A DNA stretch of 59,626 nucleotides from Octopus bimaculoides (taxonomy: Eukaryota). The position numbers and the translations under genes are program-made. The stretch's first letter is position 1, and the number at the start of each line of letters is the position of its first letter. Where the stretch lies: assembly GCF_001194135.2 (NCBI RefSeq), contig NC_068990.1, positions 35,499,567 to 35,559,192 of the forward strand, in the 5' to 3' direction. This document shows, piece by piece, positions 40,615 through 54,487 of the stretch. A model generated the notes under the pieces. The model was not told the origin of the DNA and ran no database searches. It worked only from the letters and a program-made list of their open reading frames with translations.

Positions 40615-41226
40615 NNNNNNNNNNNNNNNNNNNNNNNNNNNNNNNNNNNNNNNNNNNNNNNNNNNNNNNNNNNNNNNNNNNNNNNNNNNNNNNNNNNNNN
40701 NNNNNNNNNNNNNNNNNNNNNNNNNNNNNNNNNNNNNNNNNNNNNNNNNNNNNNNNNNNNNNNNNNNNNNNNNNNNNNNNNNNNNNNNNNNNNNNNNNNN
40801 NNNNNNNNNNNNNNNNNNNNNNNNNNNNNNNNNNNNNNNNNNNNNNNNNNNNNNNNNNNNNNNNNNNNNNNNNNNNNNNNNNNNNNNNNNNNNNNNNNNN
40901 NNNNNNNNNNNNNNNNNNNNNNNNNNNNNNNNNNNNNNNNNNNNNNNNNNNNNNNNNNNNNNNNNNNNNNNNNNNNNNNNNNNNNNNNNNNNNNNNNNNN
41001 NNNNNNNNNNNNNNNNNNNNNNNNNNNNNNNNNNNNNNNNNNNNNNNNNNNNNNNNNNNNNNNNNNNNNNNNNNNNNNNNNNNNNNNNNNNNNNNNNNNN
41101 NNNNNNNNNNNNNNNNNNNNNNNNNNNNNNNNNNNNNNNNNNNNNNNNNNNNNNNNNNNNNNNNNNNNNNNNNNNNNNNNNNNNNNNNNNNNNNNNNNNN
41201 NNNNNNNNNNNNNNNNNNNNNNNNNN

Positions 41227-41280
<54 letters not shown>
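40540..41280. repeat. (GT)n and (AG)n tracts flanking an assembly gap
   Basis: (GT)n to 40614, N-run 40615-41226, (AG)n from 41227. Confidence 0.95.
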
Positions 41281-41282
<2 letters not shown>

Positions 41283-43636
41283 GCATACGAAGCTAGTAAA
41301 TAATTCAGCTGCGCGTGATATCACTTTGAGTTCCTCATAACTATAAATTTTTGCCTGTGTGGGATTTAAATATGCAACTTGAAGAAAATATGGCATATCT
41401 ATCATTAGTTGTCTGCGAATACACACACATACACAAAGACAGACAGGCAGACAGACAGACAGACACACGGATATATGGTGAAAAATTGTTTGTGATGTAC
41501 ATGTATATATATGCATATTTGCACATTCTTGGTGTCGGGTTCAGAATACACTTATGTCAGTATATATGCATACATGCACTCATATATCTATATATAAAAC
41601 TACATATAACATACATTTATAACTTACATATGCAATAAACCTCGTTACAAACTCCTTACAAGATAAAAATTAAAATGGCATCCACGCGAGGAAGTAAGAG
41701 CGAAGCTAAGTTGGCAGGCTTTGTATAGAGAAGTGTGACATATGTCAATATAATATGTTTGAAACCAGGAATCTATTCTTTTACTCCGAGAAACTATTTT
41801 AGTTGATTTTTTTCTCATCAACTTCTTGAACAGTGATTCCATTATTTATATGTCGATCACCAGTAGAACGTGAATGAATAAGAGCCGCTTCCTTAGGTAT
41901 ATGTGTATGTGTATGTGTGTGTGAGTGTGTGAGTGAGTGTGTGAGTGAGTGAGTGAGTGAGTGAGTGAATGCGTGTGTGTGTGTGTGTGTGTGTGCGTGT
42001 TTGAATACACGAAGTAAAGTATAAACATGTCTACGCAATCTATACGAGCTTCACTGCACGGTTTCGTGTGAAAGGGATAATTTGTCAGAATTTCGTTGTT
42101 GGATTTTATTTTAAATTTGGCTTTTATTTTTCCTTTATTTTGTTTGTTTGTGTGGTCGTTTTTGAAAAATAGAGAAAATACATAATTCACACAAGGCAGA
42201 TGTGACTCAAATATTTTAAAATAAAATAATGAATAAATATAAATATAAAGATTTCCTAATCTCAGTGGTCTACTTTGGTTGTACTTCTTGTTTTTAAATC
42301 TAAGCCAATCTTCGTTGAGCAGATGTACGATCAAATTCATTCTAGACGTGACTCTCCAGAGAATAGGTATTGACTTCAGCGGTATTTTACTTCAGCCACA
42401 AACGGTATTTATGAGATGCTTCTTACCTATGTTTCACAGCGTTTAATCAGCTGAGAGGTACTTAAGGTCTTCAATAAGAATTTGCTCATAATGGGTAATT
42501 TTCCAAATTAATGTAGCACTATATTTAAAAATGAAATCGCACTTTATAATTGGATATTTCTATATCATATTCAGTAGGGAATTCTACTTCTTGGTGTGTC
42601 CCAATGGATCGGACTGAGTCGAATTCATTGACTGCAAAAAGACAATTGAAAACATGGTGAAAATGATGGAAGCGATTCCTGTTCAATAACTGTAATAATA
42701 GTAATATAACTTAATTCATAACTTAACGCACTCTAATTCAATCTGCAGTATCCTGGGGAGCAAAATGTTTCTAGATATTGTGGTTTCTTAAACATTGTTT
42801 GTAAGCGAAATGGCTCGCAACGTATAACGAATGGATGTTACCCACGACCGCAGCTCAGAACCCATAATAACGCGTGGTTAACATACTAAAAAAAATGATA
42901 CTGTTTGCTATTTGCAAAATCCCAAGTATATTATATAAACGTTAGTTTGAAGCAGGAATCGAAACGGTTTTAGAAACTCAATCTATTTTGCTAAACAGAA
43001 AATAGTATTGATTAAGACACAGGCATTTATTTCTAACTCCATCTGATAGTATTTAAACAAGATTACATTCTCAACACTTAATGAAATGTAAGATAATTTC
43101 TTAATTCATACATATTTCTTCATCTTCATTTTTCTTCTAACTCGTCTCATTTTTTTTCTCTCCCATTTATTATGTGCTTGAGTCAATACGAAAAGAAGAA
43201 AAAGAAAATTCTTTTCATAATTTCTAAAGGACTGAATCCCACCAACGAAGCTACAGTAGATCATCTAAATCACTTTATACATAACGTACAAAGGACGTAA
43301 TGCAACAATTTTTTGTCATTTTTCTGTAAATGCAAAATAATACGTGGATTAAAGGTCAGAAGAAATCTTTGTCAAACTGATATGAACTAAAACGTAGTGT
43401 TGGAAAATGAAAGAAAAAAATTATATACAAGCGCACTTTTTTGAGGAGCAGCATATTTTTTTTTATAGAATTTCTATTTAGGCTTTCTCCAGATTCAATA
43501 ATGTCTTTTATTCAAGTCTTATATATCTTCGTGATTGCAACTGCAGATGGCAGAGTCTTCTTGACATCTATATCGCATTCAATCTGTCTTTTCCTACATC
43601 TCTTCAGAGGTTTGAATTCTATATTGTCTTAAATAC

Positions 43637-43685
<49 letters not shown>

Positions 43686-43878
43686 TCTCACTCTCTCAAT
43701 CTCTCTCACTACCATTCACTCCCTAATTCTCCTCCTCTCTGTGTACTAAGCCTTCTATAATTCAATGAATCTATCTATCTATCTATCTGTCTCTCTATCT
43801 ATTTCTCCTTTTGTATGTTGTAGTACACATAAACACATATGCATACTTATGTGTATGTGTGTATTTGAGTTTATATAT

Positions 43879-43948
<70 letters not shown>

Positions 43949-45335
43949 GTGCGTGCGCTTTCTTGCGTATGCCTGTACGGAAAGGCAGAAATTTTCGTCG
44001 CATTATAAGAATGTAAGAATATATAAACTGTGTAGCAGTAAGGTAGAGAACGAATATCAGGAATTCCTGAGCAATAGCTAAATCTTATTGCCAAACACAT
44101 GGAACTATAGAAGTACTGAATTATATATTTTTATTCATTTATTTTGACTTCTTGCTGTTTTTTGCTGTTGTGTTATCTGTTTATTTATTATTTTTATTTT
44201 AACCATACCAATTCTCTTTGTCTTGCATGTTTCTATTTATAAAAGAAATTCGGTCGTGAATATATATATNNNNNNNNNNNNNNNNNNNNNNNNNNNNNNN
44301 NNNNNNNNNNNNNNNNNNNNNNNNNNNNNNNNNNNNNNNNNNNNNNNNNNNNNNNNNNNNNNNNNNNNNNNNNNNNNNNNNNNNNNNNNNNNNNNNNNNN
44401 NNNNNNNNNNNNNNNNNNNNNNNNNNNNNNNNNNNNNNNNNNNNNNNNNNNNNNNNNNNNNNNNNNNNNNNNNNNNNNNNNNNNNNNNNNNNNNNNNNNN
44501 NNNNNNNNNNNNNNNNNNNNNNNNNNNNNNNNNNNNNNNNNNNNNNNNNNNNNNNNNNNNNNNNNNNNNNNNNNNNNNNNNNNNNNNNNNNNNNNNNNNN
44601 NNNNNNNNNNNNNNNNNNNNNNNNNNNNNNNNNNNNNNNNNNNNNNNNNNNNNNNNNNNNNNNNNNNNNNNNNNNNNNNNNNNNNNNNNNNNNNNNNNNN
44701 NNNNNNNNNNNNNNNNNNNNNNNNNNNNNNNNNNNNNNNNNNNNNNNNNNNNNNNNNNNNNNNNNNNNNNNNNNNNNNNNNNNNNNNNNNNNNNNNNNNN
44801 NNTTTTTTTTTTTTTTTTTGTTATTTGTATATTTTCTATAGCTGGCTTTCTGGGGAAATAAAAAGACATTGAAAGATGTCTCTGATTGACAGGAGAGTTT
44901 ATACGAACCAAATACATTAATGGAATTTCAATTCAGTATATTCTACTCATTTCTCTGAAGGCAATTTCAGAAAGAAGAATGAAATGAAATGAAGAGATAA
45001 ATAACAAAAAGAAAAAAAAAAGGAAAAGGGGAGAGAGGAAAACTAGAAAAAAATCCCTCCCAAAACAAACGAACAAACAGACTTACATAAATACATAACA
45101 AGAATAAAAGAAATACATTGCAAACAATATGTAAGCAAAAACAAGTAATTGGAAATTCGTTTCATTATGTTTTGCCAAACACGGCGTCGCTGAGGCTACA
45201 GAGACAATGAGACGCCAAAATAAGAACCCTGTTGACAAAGGGATGCTGCAAAAGGAGCAGAAAATGGTGCAAAAGTAAAGATATAAGAGTACATTTCACT
45301 CTTACTCACACCTTTCTCTACACTCTTTCTCACTC

Positions 45336-45399
<64 letters not shown>

Positions 45400-46504
45400 N
45401 NNNNNNNNNNNNNNNNNNNNNNNNNNNNNNNNNNNNNNNNNNNNNNNNNNNNNNNNNNNNNNNNNNNNNNNNNNNNNNNNNNNNNNNNNNNNNNNNNNNN
45501 NNNNNNNNNNNNNNNNNNNNNNNNNNNNNNNNNNNNNNNNNNNNNNNNNNNNNNNNNNNNNNNNNNNNNNNNNNNNNNNNNNNNNNNNNNNNNNNNNNNN
45601 NNNNNNNNNNNNNNNNNNNNNNNNNNNNNNNNNNNNNNNNNNNNNNNNNNNNNNNNNNNNNNNNNNNNNNNNNNNNNNNNNNNNNNNNNNNNNNNNNNNN
45701 NNNNNNNNNNNNNNNNNNNNNNNNNNNNNNNNNNNNNNNNNNNNNNNNNNNNNNNNNNNNNNNNNNNNNNNNNNNNNNNNNNNNNNNNNNNNNNNNNNNN
45801 NNNNNNNNNNNNNNNNNNNNNNNNNNNNNNNNNNNNNNNNNNNNNNNNNNNNNNNNNNNNNNNNNNNNNNNNNNNNNNNNNNNNNNNNNNNNNNNNNNNN
45901 NNNNNNNNNNNNNNNNNNNNNNNNNNNNNNNNNNNNNNNNNNNNNNNNNNNNNNNNNNNNNNNNNNNNNNNNNNNNNNNNNNNNNNNNNNNNNNNNNNNN
46001 NNNNNNNNNNNNNNNNNNNNNNNNNNNNNNNNNNNNNNNNNNNNNNNNNNNNNNNNNNNNNNNNNNNNNNNNNNNNNNNNNNNNNNNNNNNNNNNNNNNN
46101 NNNNNNNNNNNNNNNNNNNNNNNNNNNNNNNNNNNNNNNNNNNNNNNNNNNNNNNNNNNNNNNNNNNNNNNNNNNNNNNNNNNNNNNNNNNNNNNNNNNN
46201 NNNNNNNNNNNNNNNNNNNNNNNNNNNNNNNNNNNNNNNNNNNNNNNNNNNNNNNNNNNNNNNNNNNNNNNNNNNNNNNNNNNNNNNNNNNNNNNNNNNN
46301 NNNNNNNNNNNNNNNNNNNNNNNNNNNNNNNNNNNNNNNNNNNNNNNNNNNNNCTATGATAAACCCCTCTGTTTCTGATTTCAATCCAGAGGCCATTAAC
46401 CATTGGTGGGTAAGGGCTTTGTCAATATCTGCATTATTCGCTACTCCATCAATCTGCTATTCCTTTACTATTCTGCTCACTTCATTTAAAATTTTGACAT
46501 GAGG

Positions 46505-46526
46505 TGCATTATAATTATCATTATTA

Positions 46527-46584
<58 letters not shown>

Positions 46585-46760
46585 CATCATCATTATTATT
46601 ATTGTTGTTGTTGTCGTCGTCGTCATCATCATCATCATCATCATCATCAATATCATCGTCATGGTTGTTTATACTGTCGTCGTGGTCATGGTCACTGTCG
46701 ACATCATCACCGTTGTTGTTGTTCACTATGAACTACGACGGTCGTTCACTATGAACGACG
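46505..46760. repeat. compound (ATT)/(CAT)/(GTT)/(GTC) trinucleotide microsatellite
   Basis: Directly visible; source of the poly-I/Y/N/D ORFs. Confidence 0.95.
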
Positions 46761-49700
46761 TGGAGGATACTTTATTCCACTATTATTTTATGGAAATGGA
46801 AGTAAGCTCTATTTCTTATTACCAGTAATGTGTTTCAGATGATTTACACGCTTAGACTATTACACGAAGCAGAGTAACGCTTGTCTTTTGATATTTGGAA
46901 CTGTTTACACGTTTGTGATAGATACATATGTGTAGTACATATGTTTTCTCAGAATACCGCCTCAGAATCGGCTGGGGAATGTTCTCTCCACAATGGCATT
47001 TGCAGTTTCACAAAAAAATACACAAGGAAATTAAATACATACATAGACAGGAAAATTCCTATTCTTGAAAAACACAATATTGGAAATAGTTAATTTGATG
47101 GGGAAGAAAATGACAGTTGCTATTGTCTCCAAAGCACTACTGGCCATAGCTCAGTCAGTTTTATGTGCGAAAGCAAATAAAGTCGCATCGTTCTGAGAGC
47201 GCTCATAGCAGAAGTTAATGACGACCAAGGAGCCAACGTTTCACAGAACACGTTGTAGAAGATAATTTCTTCCAGGATTAGGAAATAGAAAAGCAAAATT
47301 CGATTGTTCTGTTTGCCACCAAAGGGCTTCCAAAATTTTGAATTATGATTCCTTACCTATTATAGAAAAATGCTACGTCTTTCAACATGCTAAAGTTCTA
47401 AAGCAGATTTTTGATACAGTCAGTTGCAATATTTCCAATCGTTGCAAGAGGATCGCCTTGGAAGGGGAGAGAAAATAAATATCGACGCTCATAGATATGA
47501 GGCTGAGAGGCAACGTTTGGAGTGTGATCGCATCTGCGCAACAATATGGTCGCGTAGGGAACTCCGAGGTGGAGATGAATAAAAGCTTGTATTCAAGTCG
47601 ATTCTACATAGATACTAGGAGCTTAATAAACCCCCAAGATTTGTAACCCGTTGGAGATCTAGTGTGGAGGTCAGTTTCACTGGTGTTGAAAGGGAAAATA
47701 AATAGCTGATGAGCGATATGTGGCGATGGCTATATCTGGGCTTTGAGCCAAATAATAGAGTAAAAGTTCACAAATAGCAGCAGAGAAAGCGTCCTCAGAA
47801 CACCAAGAGACAAATTTGAAATTTATACTGCCACTTATATTCCAAGACACCGCTGCTTTCACTGGCGGGAATAGTCGGGACGGTAGCAGGATCATTTTAT
47901 ACCCAATGCCTCTGGTGATGATGGATGGACACTTATGTCTGCACTTTTATGACAGGACAGATTAGAGTCTACAAGCCTGTATAATTCAATCGGACAGTGC
48001 TAATTTAATTAGGGACCCTAGCAAAAATTTAAACGATTAGGCAAAAAGTGGGTGACCCCAGTCTACATGACTACTTCACAACGGCGAGCCGCATGAAAAT
48101 TACTAACCTTTGAGAAATGCTGAAAGCAAACAAATAATTATTTCTATAGACCAATGATGTGCTAACTGGAAAGTTAACAGGAAAACAAATACGAACGGCT
48201 TCATCTGTATAGAGATTGTAAAATACTCTCTAGAAGATAAGGAAGATTTCGCATGTCAACTGGAGAAGATCTCGGAATTTAAGAGACCCGTTTGACGCTC
48301 AAGATAGAAAACAGTCAAAATCAACGGTTTCCTAAATTTATCTAGGTTATAGCTTCTTAATTCTTTGACGGAAGTTTCTTTTATCTACATTTCTTTTGTG
48401 TACCGAATTATTAACTTGTTTTCAGTTTTTGCCGCACATACGTTTATTATCGATATATACATAATCGTAACATTTTGTTTGACATTTTTTAAGTCGCATC
48501 TATGGGGCTATGTTGCTAATAAAGGAAAGATTGTTACTATTATTACTTCAGCTACAAAGCATATATTCTATTAGAATATTCCTACTTTAAAAGTCAACAA
48601 CCAATTCATTTTTTTTTTACTGATATTGACGTATTCAAATATAAAACAGCGATATTCCAGTAGCTGACGTAAAAAGCATTATTTCAAATAATAACTTTAA
48701 AGTGTTACCTCCAAACGCATGCTATGGCTTGAGAAAGATACTGCAATCCACACGTTATACAGTGAACGCGTTCAAACAAATGAATCGATCATGGTGTGAT
48801 AAAATACAAAATTGCAATTAGCTTGGTTCGAACGCAGAGCAAAAGCAAACATCCAAACGCCACAATATATTTTGTGCGACATATTTTCCAGCATATCGCA
48901 TTTCCTAATTAGTGATATTCAGATAGTACACAAAGATTCTAAAGATTTCAATCAGATTCTACATAAAATTTATGATCACATTTTTTAGATAATTATAATG
49001 AATTCAAATTAGCTTAATACCCTGCTTATGTATAATGCTTATGCCAGCTCTTTCTTTTTCCATTTATGTAAGAACATAATGCTTCTTAGATAAGATATGG
49101 CGTCTGTCTGTTTTATAGTTTATGAATTTCAACTAAAAGAGAAAAATAAAATATTTTCCTCGAAATTTTACTGAAACGAAATGGAATAATAGCGATTAAG
49201 AATGAGAAAACTTCATAACTCTAGTAATATAGTTTCTGAGATATGTGATCAGAATGGAACAGTTTTATTCATGCAAGTTTCTTATATTTAGTTCTCAGTT
49301 TAGGAATCTTCAAAGTAGCATGAATTGTAATACCTTTTATATGCTCATATAACTTCTCTTGTGCTATTATCGTTACTGCATTTAGGGTCTTCTTTAGATT
49401 TGTATAGGAATACATATGCAAGTCTCTATCATTGCATTATACAATAATGGTCGCACACACGCACACCCATATATGCGCTTGTATGTATATGTCTGTGTTC
49501 TGCGATGTGTTTCAGCGGTGTTATTATCGGTGAATTTCATATTTAAACCAGATTGTTTTGGAGAAAAAGTCTACGCTTCAAGAGAGTATGCAGTAAATAT
49601 CAAAGGTCTTATTATTATGTGATCCAGTCTTCATGTCGCTCTTATTACATTATCTGAGCGGGCAATATGGAATGAAGTGACGATAAAACGCTAAAATCGA

Positions 49701-51495
49701 TCAACTCAACAAAGAGAAATTGTGACATAACCATACTGGATTCCATTAGATGCATTCATCAGCATGCTGGATGAGCTTACAGATCTAAGATTAACATTGC
49801 GTAATATTAAAATCGATGCGAGCATATCACATATTCTTATGCAAATTTATTGTACAAATGTATATCAAAACTGTTCTTATAGATTCCAATATTAATTCTG
49901 AACTTTAAAAAAAAAAATTAGATAAGAGTAACCTTTTCTATTGTGATATACATCGAAATAGTTTTCGACATCGTTTCAAATTTCTGGTCAATATACTTAT
50001 GTTTAAAAATATTTGCTAGTCCGAGATAATACCCACTTCACTATAGACACTAAGTTGACTTGAGTGGATCATTATTATATTTTCAAAACAGCACTACCAT
50101 ATTAACTCAGGACCAATATTAATTTTTGCCTTGTGATTGTACAACCTATAAAACAACTTATACAAAAATTATATTCAAATACAGTTTCAAACATAGGGTG
50201 ATTGAACACGTTTAACAGTGATCATTTTACACAGTCAAAATCTTTTATATATCGCATCCTGAATATATTGTAAGCTCTAGCTGGCGATCCTCTTTTCTAC
50301 ATTGTTCCAAAACCAATACTATCGCTTAAGCAGATTAAAGAAAATATTATAATTCCAATTTGCAGCATACGCAAACTTTGTTTTTCCACAAATTGTCAAA
50401 TAAATCCACTTACAATAATATGAACCCAAACCAGGCAGTTCCTCAGAGTAATAGGTCTCTGTACACAATTCTAGTGCAACAGCAAGACAATGGAAAGAGA
50501 CGGGGAAAAGACAACTATATATGGTTCCATAATATGCTCCATTGCAGAAAAAAGACGCTGCTACCTCAAAGATATCGTCAAGGAAGGATTCATCTTACGA
50601 TTATCCCACTCGAGACCACCGTTTCAGAAATACCCATCTACTAAAGAAATCCACAATAACCGGCGTCCATGAAAGCTGACAAACTATTCCATTTGTAGAC
50701 ACACTGGTAGCATTTGTGGCAAATCCTATGCCTGTACGCCAAAATTACACATGACCGGCTTTTGATCTCCAATAATACTATTTTTCGTCTGAGAATGGTT
50801 GAGTCACCCGAAATATAAGGAACTGTGCAATTCTTAACACTTCCTCCAGCGTTGTAAGATGCAATAAGCTATGCTGAATTTTATGTATCTGAGAGACAAT
50901 TCTTGGAATACATATTTTTTCAAGCATATACGCATATGAAAGGATATCTATTTATATCTATATATATCTATTGATATTATTTCATTTAAAAGGTCGCAGG
51001 ATGGGAAAAATCAGCACAAGTGTAGTATTCAAATTATTTCCTTCAAGCTCTGTTGAAATATTGCCGATATTAGCTTAAGAATTTCGTGTACTTCATTTCA
51101 TAAAAAAAAGTGACAAGCACGATTATGTTCTTCAAAAGTTGTTCCTAGCCAAGTATGCATACTTTCATATATACACACACGCATACATACATACATGCAT
51201 ACATACATACATACATTTTATATAACCGATTTTTAACATTGGATTTGACCCAAATGCTTCGAACTATGCCTTACTAAGGGGCCAAAATCGAAGCATATGT
51301 AATTTTTTAAAGTTTCATTTGTACTTTTAAAATTCTATTTGTATTTAGATTTCAAACTATGATACAAATAAATCAACAACTCTCCATTTTCTTACCTTAT
51401 TAATATTAGGATAAAACATTACTATGGGTAAAGATCATCATAGAGTGAATTTTCTTGACGCTACCTTCTGTCTTGATACTGGATTATTTTAGTAA

Positions 51496-51607
51496 AGTAC
51501 TTATTCTATCGGGCCCTACAGCCGAACCGTTAAGTTACGCGGAAATGTAAACACACCAGCATCGGTTGTCAAGCGATGGTGTAGCAGATACAAACAGTCA
51601 TAAAGGC

Positions 51608-51659
<52 letters not shown>

Positions 51660-51776
51660 GATGGGCTTCTTCCAGTTTCCGTCTACCAAATTCATTCACA
51701 AGGCTTTGGTCGGTCCAAGGCTATAGAAGAGGTCAGTTGGTCAAGATGCCAAGCATTAGGACTGGACTCGGAACAC
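51496..51776 (-). mobile_element. SINE family B, inverted copy with internal (TA)n
   Basis: Reverse complement of the 1884-2285 element: GTACTTATTCTATC, GCCGAACCGTTAAGTTACG, GGTTGTCAAGCG, (AT)n, CAGTTTCCGTCTACCAAAT, CTTTGGTCGG...GCTATAG. Confidence 0.87.
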
Positions 51777-52050
51777 TATTGTTCAGCTGATGTTCGAGAT
51801 AAATAAAGATGATATTATGCAGGCCATGCCGCATTGAAGTAATTAAAGCAGTTGAAGATGAATTCATAAATAATCTTATTTGAAACGTTTTCGAGAACTG
51901 CATAAATTTATATTAAAATACATATTGCTTTTGCTAGATTAGAGTTGTTTTATTAAATTACCAAATATATGTTCAAATACCTGATATTTTGTGTGTAGAC
52001 TTATTTCACTACTATAAAAGATGCTAAGAATCCATATCACAGCCCTTGGA

Positions 52051-52248
52051 TCGTGAGCTGGCAGAAACGTTAGCACGCCGGGCGAAATGCTTAGCGTATT
52101 TTGTCTGCTGTTATCTTCTGAGTTCAAATTCCGTCGAGGTTGACTTTGCCTTTCATGGTATCTTTTTTTGCGCGGGTGGGGGGGGGCATGTAATCGACTG
52201 CCCACCTCCGCCAAAATTTCGAGCCTTGTGCCTAGAGTAGAAAAAAAT
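52051..52248 (+). mobile_element. SINE family A, tail variant B'
   Basis: GAGCTGGCAGAAACGTTAGCACGCCGGGCGAAATGCTTAGCG...GAGTTCAAATTCCGTCGAGGTTGACTTTGCCTTTCATG; central deletion or replacement; tail CCAAAATTTCGAGCCTTGTGCCTAGAGTAGAAAAAA. Confidence 0.88.
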
Positions 52249-53336
52249 ACTAATGTTTAGATGTACTATTTCACAATAAACGCAATCTATCAATTTGCAG
52301 CATAACATCTTTTGAATGTTGAGTACGGTAGAAATTGATAAAATTATTCTCCCAACATTATTTCCGGAAGGTGAGTGTTGAATGCTGTGTCTTGTTCACA
52401 ATATAATACAGATTGAATGCCATAACATACTTCACCTCTTCAGTTTTGAGGCTGCTTTAATAATAGCAGCAAAAGAATTCGGGACCGAGTACGGCACATC
52501 GCCATAAAAATATGCACTTCCATTTGCTATAGTTTTCATTCAACTTAAATCAGCCGCACTGCGTTCACACCAAGTGTCATATATACCTGGCAAAATATAA
52601 ATGTAGCTAAGTACGACTCATAATATTACTCCATAATTATATCCGATAAATTCCGAGTATATTTCACAAAATTCTACCGTAATTGGTATTTGCATGCATC
52701 TGTTTCTAGTGATGCAGCAATCACTAATACGTGTGCGTGAAATGAGAGAATGTGTATGCTCGTCGCTTTGAAGTTGCCAATTATAAATTGACAATAAGTG
52801 TGCATGAATGTTCTCTTTTGCTGCAACCAAGCACAGACTAAATAAGAAAAAGACATTTATAATAAGTAGTTATCTACTATGCTATTACAAGTAATACTGT
52901 ATCTTTATATGATATCAAAATTATAAAATCCTGTGTAACACGACCCTTGTACTTCGGAAAATCACATTCGTTTATTTTTGTTTATCGGGGTTTAAAGTCA
53001 GATTCCCCGCTTTCTGAAAGAATATCAGCAGAATATATCAGTTGACGGGAAATCCAAGGTACCGGCAACGAGATATTGACAGTAATTTACTTAGTATAAT
53101 GTAATGTAATATAATATACTATATAGAATTATATACATATATTTATATATCCACCAACTCATAATACACGACATGTACGGAAATATATAGACACATACAC
53201 ACATATATATGTATATATATAAATGTATATGTATGTATGTATGTGTGCATACATACACATACAATTATGTATGTATACGTATATACATTCATATATATGA
53301 TATACATTATAATATAACATATATAGAGATAGATAG

Positions 53337-53402
<66 letters not shown>

Positions 53403-53428
53403 GTATNNNNNNNNNNTTGTCTCCGTAT

Positions 53429-53465
53429 TCTTTCTGTTGAAAAGCGTAGCTCGAAACGTCAAAGA
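53429..53465 (+). ncRNA. minimal type-I hammerhead-like motif of the Penelope-like-element kind (probably decayed)
   Basis: TCTTT|CTGTTGA|A|AAGC-GTA-GCTC|GAAAC-GTC|AAAGA: 5-bp stem I (TCTTT/AAAGA), core CUGNNGA with A6->U, short stem II with one mismatch, GAAA, palindromic ACGT in place of stem III and a GUC cleavage triplet. Confidence 0.55.
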
Positions 53466-54487
53466 CTTTCCGTATTCCCGAGCGTCATACTAATACATCC
53501 TTTTGTTATTTACACCACCTGTCCTCGTCTGTTGTTGTTTTTTCGTACATTCTCCCATATATACAGATACACATATACATAAGTGGACGTATATGCATTT
53601 ATCTCAGGCATCTCGTTAGGCTCTGTGGAGAGTATCAAGAAAATTCTCTTACCAAATATCGTATTTACTATGATATCAATAATTCTGGCTATCATCAGAG
53701 ACTATCAGCCATTTTACTCTACAATTCCATTAGTCAGAAACGTAACGACAATATCCTTGTATTGCTAACTTCTGTAATTATGTTCCACTAACCGTCTATT
53801 GACTCATCTTATTATTTGATACTTTGAACTAAGTTTACAATGTGTGTTACCGCCATTTTGAATCCTTTTATCTTGTCATGCATTTTAATCGATGCGTTTA
53901 TGGCCGGTTTTAGTCCATTATTTATTGCAAGTACTTACGAATATTATGTTTCATCTGGACATATATAGAAGAAACGTACATAATATACATGCATACGGAC
54001 GAATGCACATAACAATCGTATATATATTATTAAATAACTGGATTCACACATACACCAACGGGGCACATGCAAATCACGCACATATGTATATTTGCATATA
54101 TGTATGCATATGCACCTACATATGTATTCATAAATTTATGTACAATCATATGTACGTGTGTGAGTGTGTGTGTGTTTATGTGTTTGAGTGTGTATTCAAA
54201 TATTAGCATTTCTATATGTTGTTCTGTATGTGTGCATGTGGTTCTATGCACAGCATGCTATGACACTAGTTAATGGAGATATAGTTGAAAACTTTGTAGA
54301 AAACACCCACTTGTATAAATTCTTCACTTGAATACTTAATCTTTAAATTTTAAAATGTATGTTTATCTTGTATTAATCATACACTTCCCACCTATCCAGA
54401 TTATCAACATAATTCTGAGATTCCAAATGACCCTTAAAGAAACAAGTTAATGTTTTACCGTTGTTTTATAGTTTTATTGATTTTAGC

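Noticed and set aside
52436-52586. Minus-strand exon-like frame GIYDTWCERSAADLS*MKTIANGSAYFYGDVPYSVPNSF with an in-frame TGA (selenocysteine idea)
   Set aside because: There is no recognisable selenoprotein homology, no SECIS was identified and the donor site is poor, so a chance stop is more likely.
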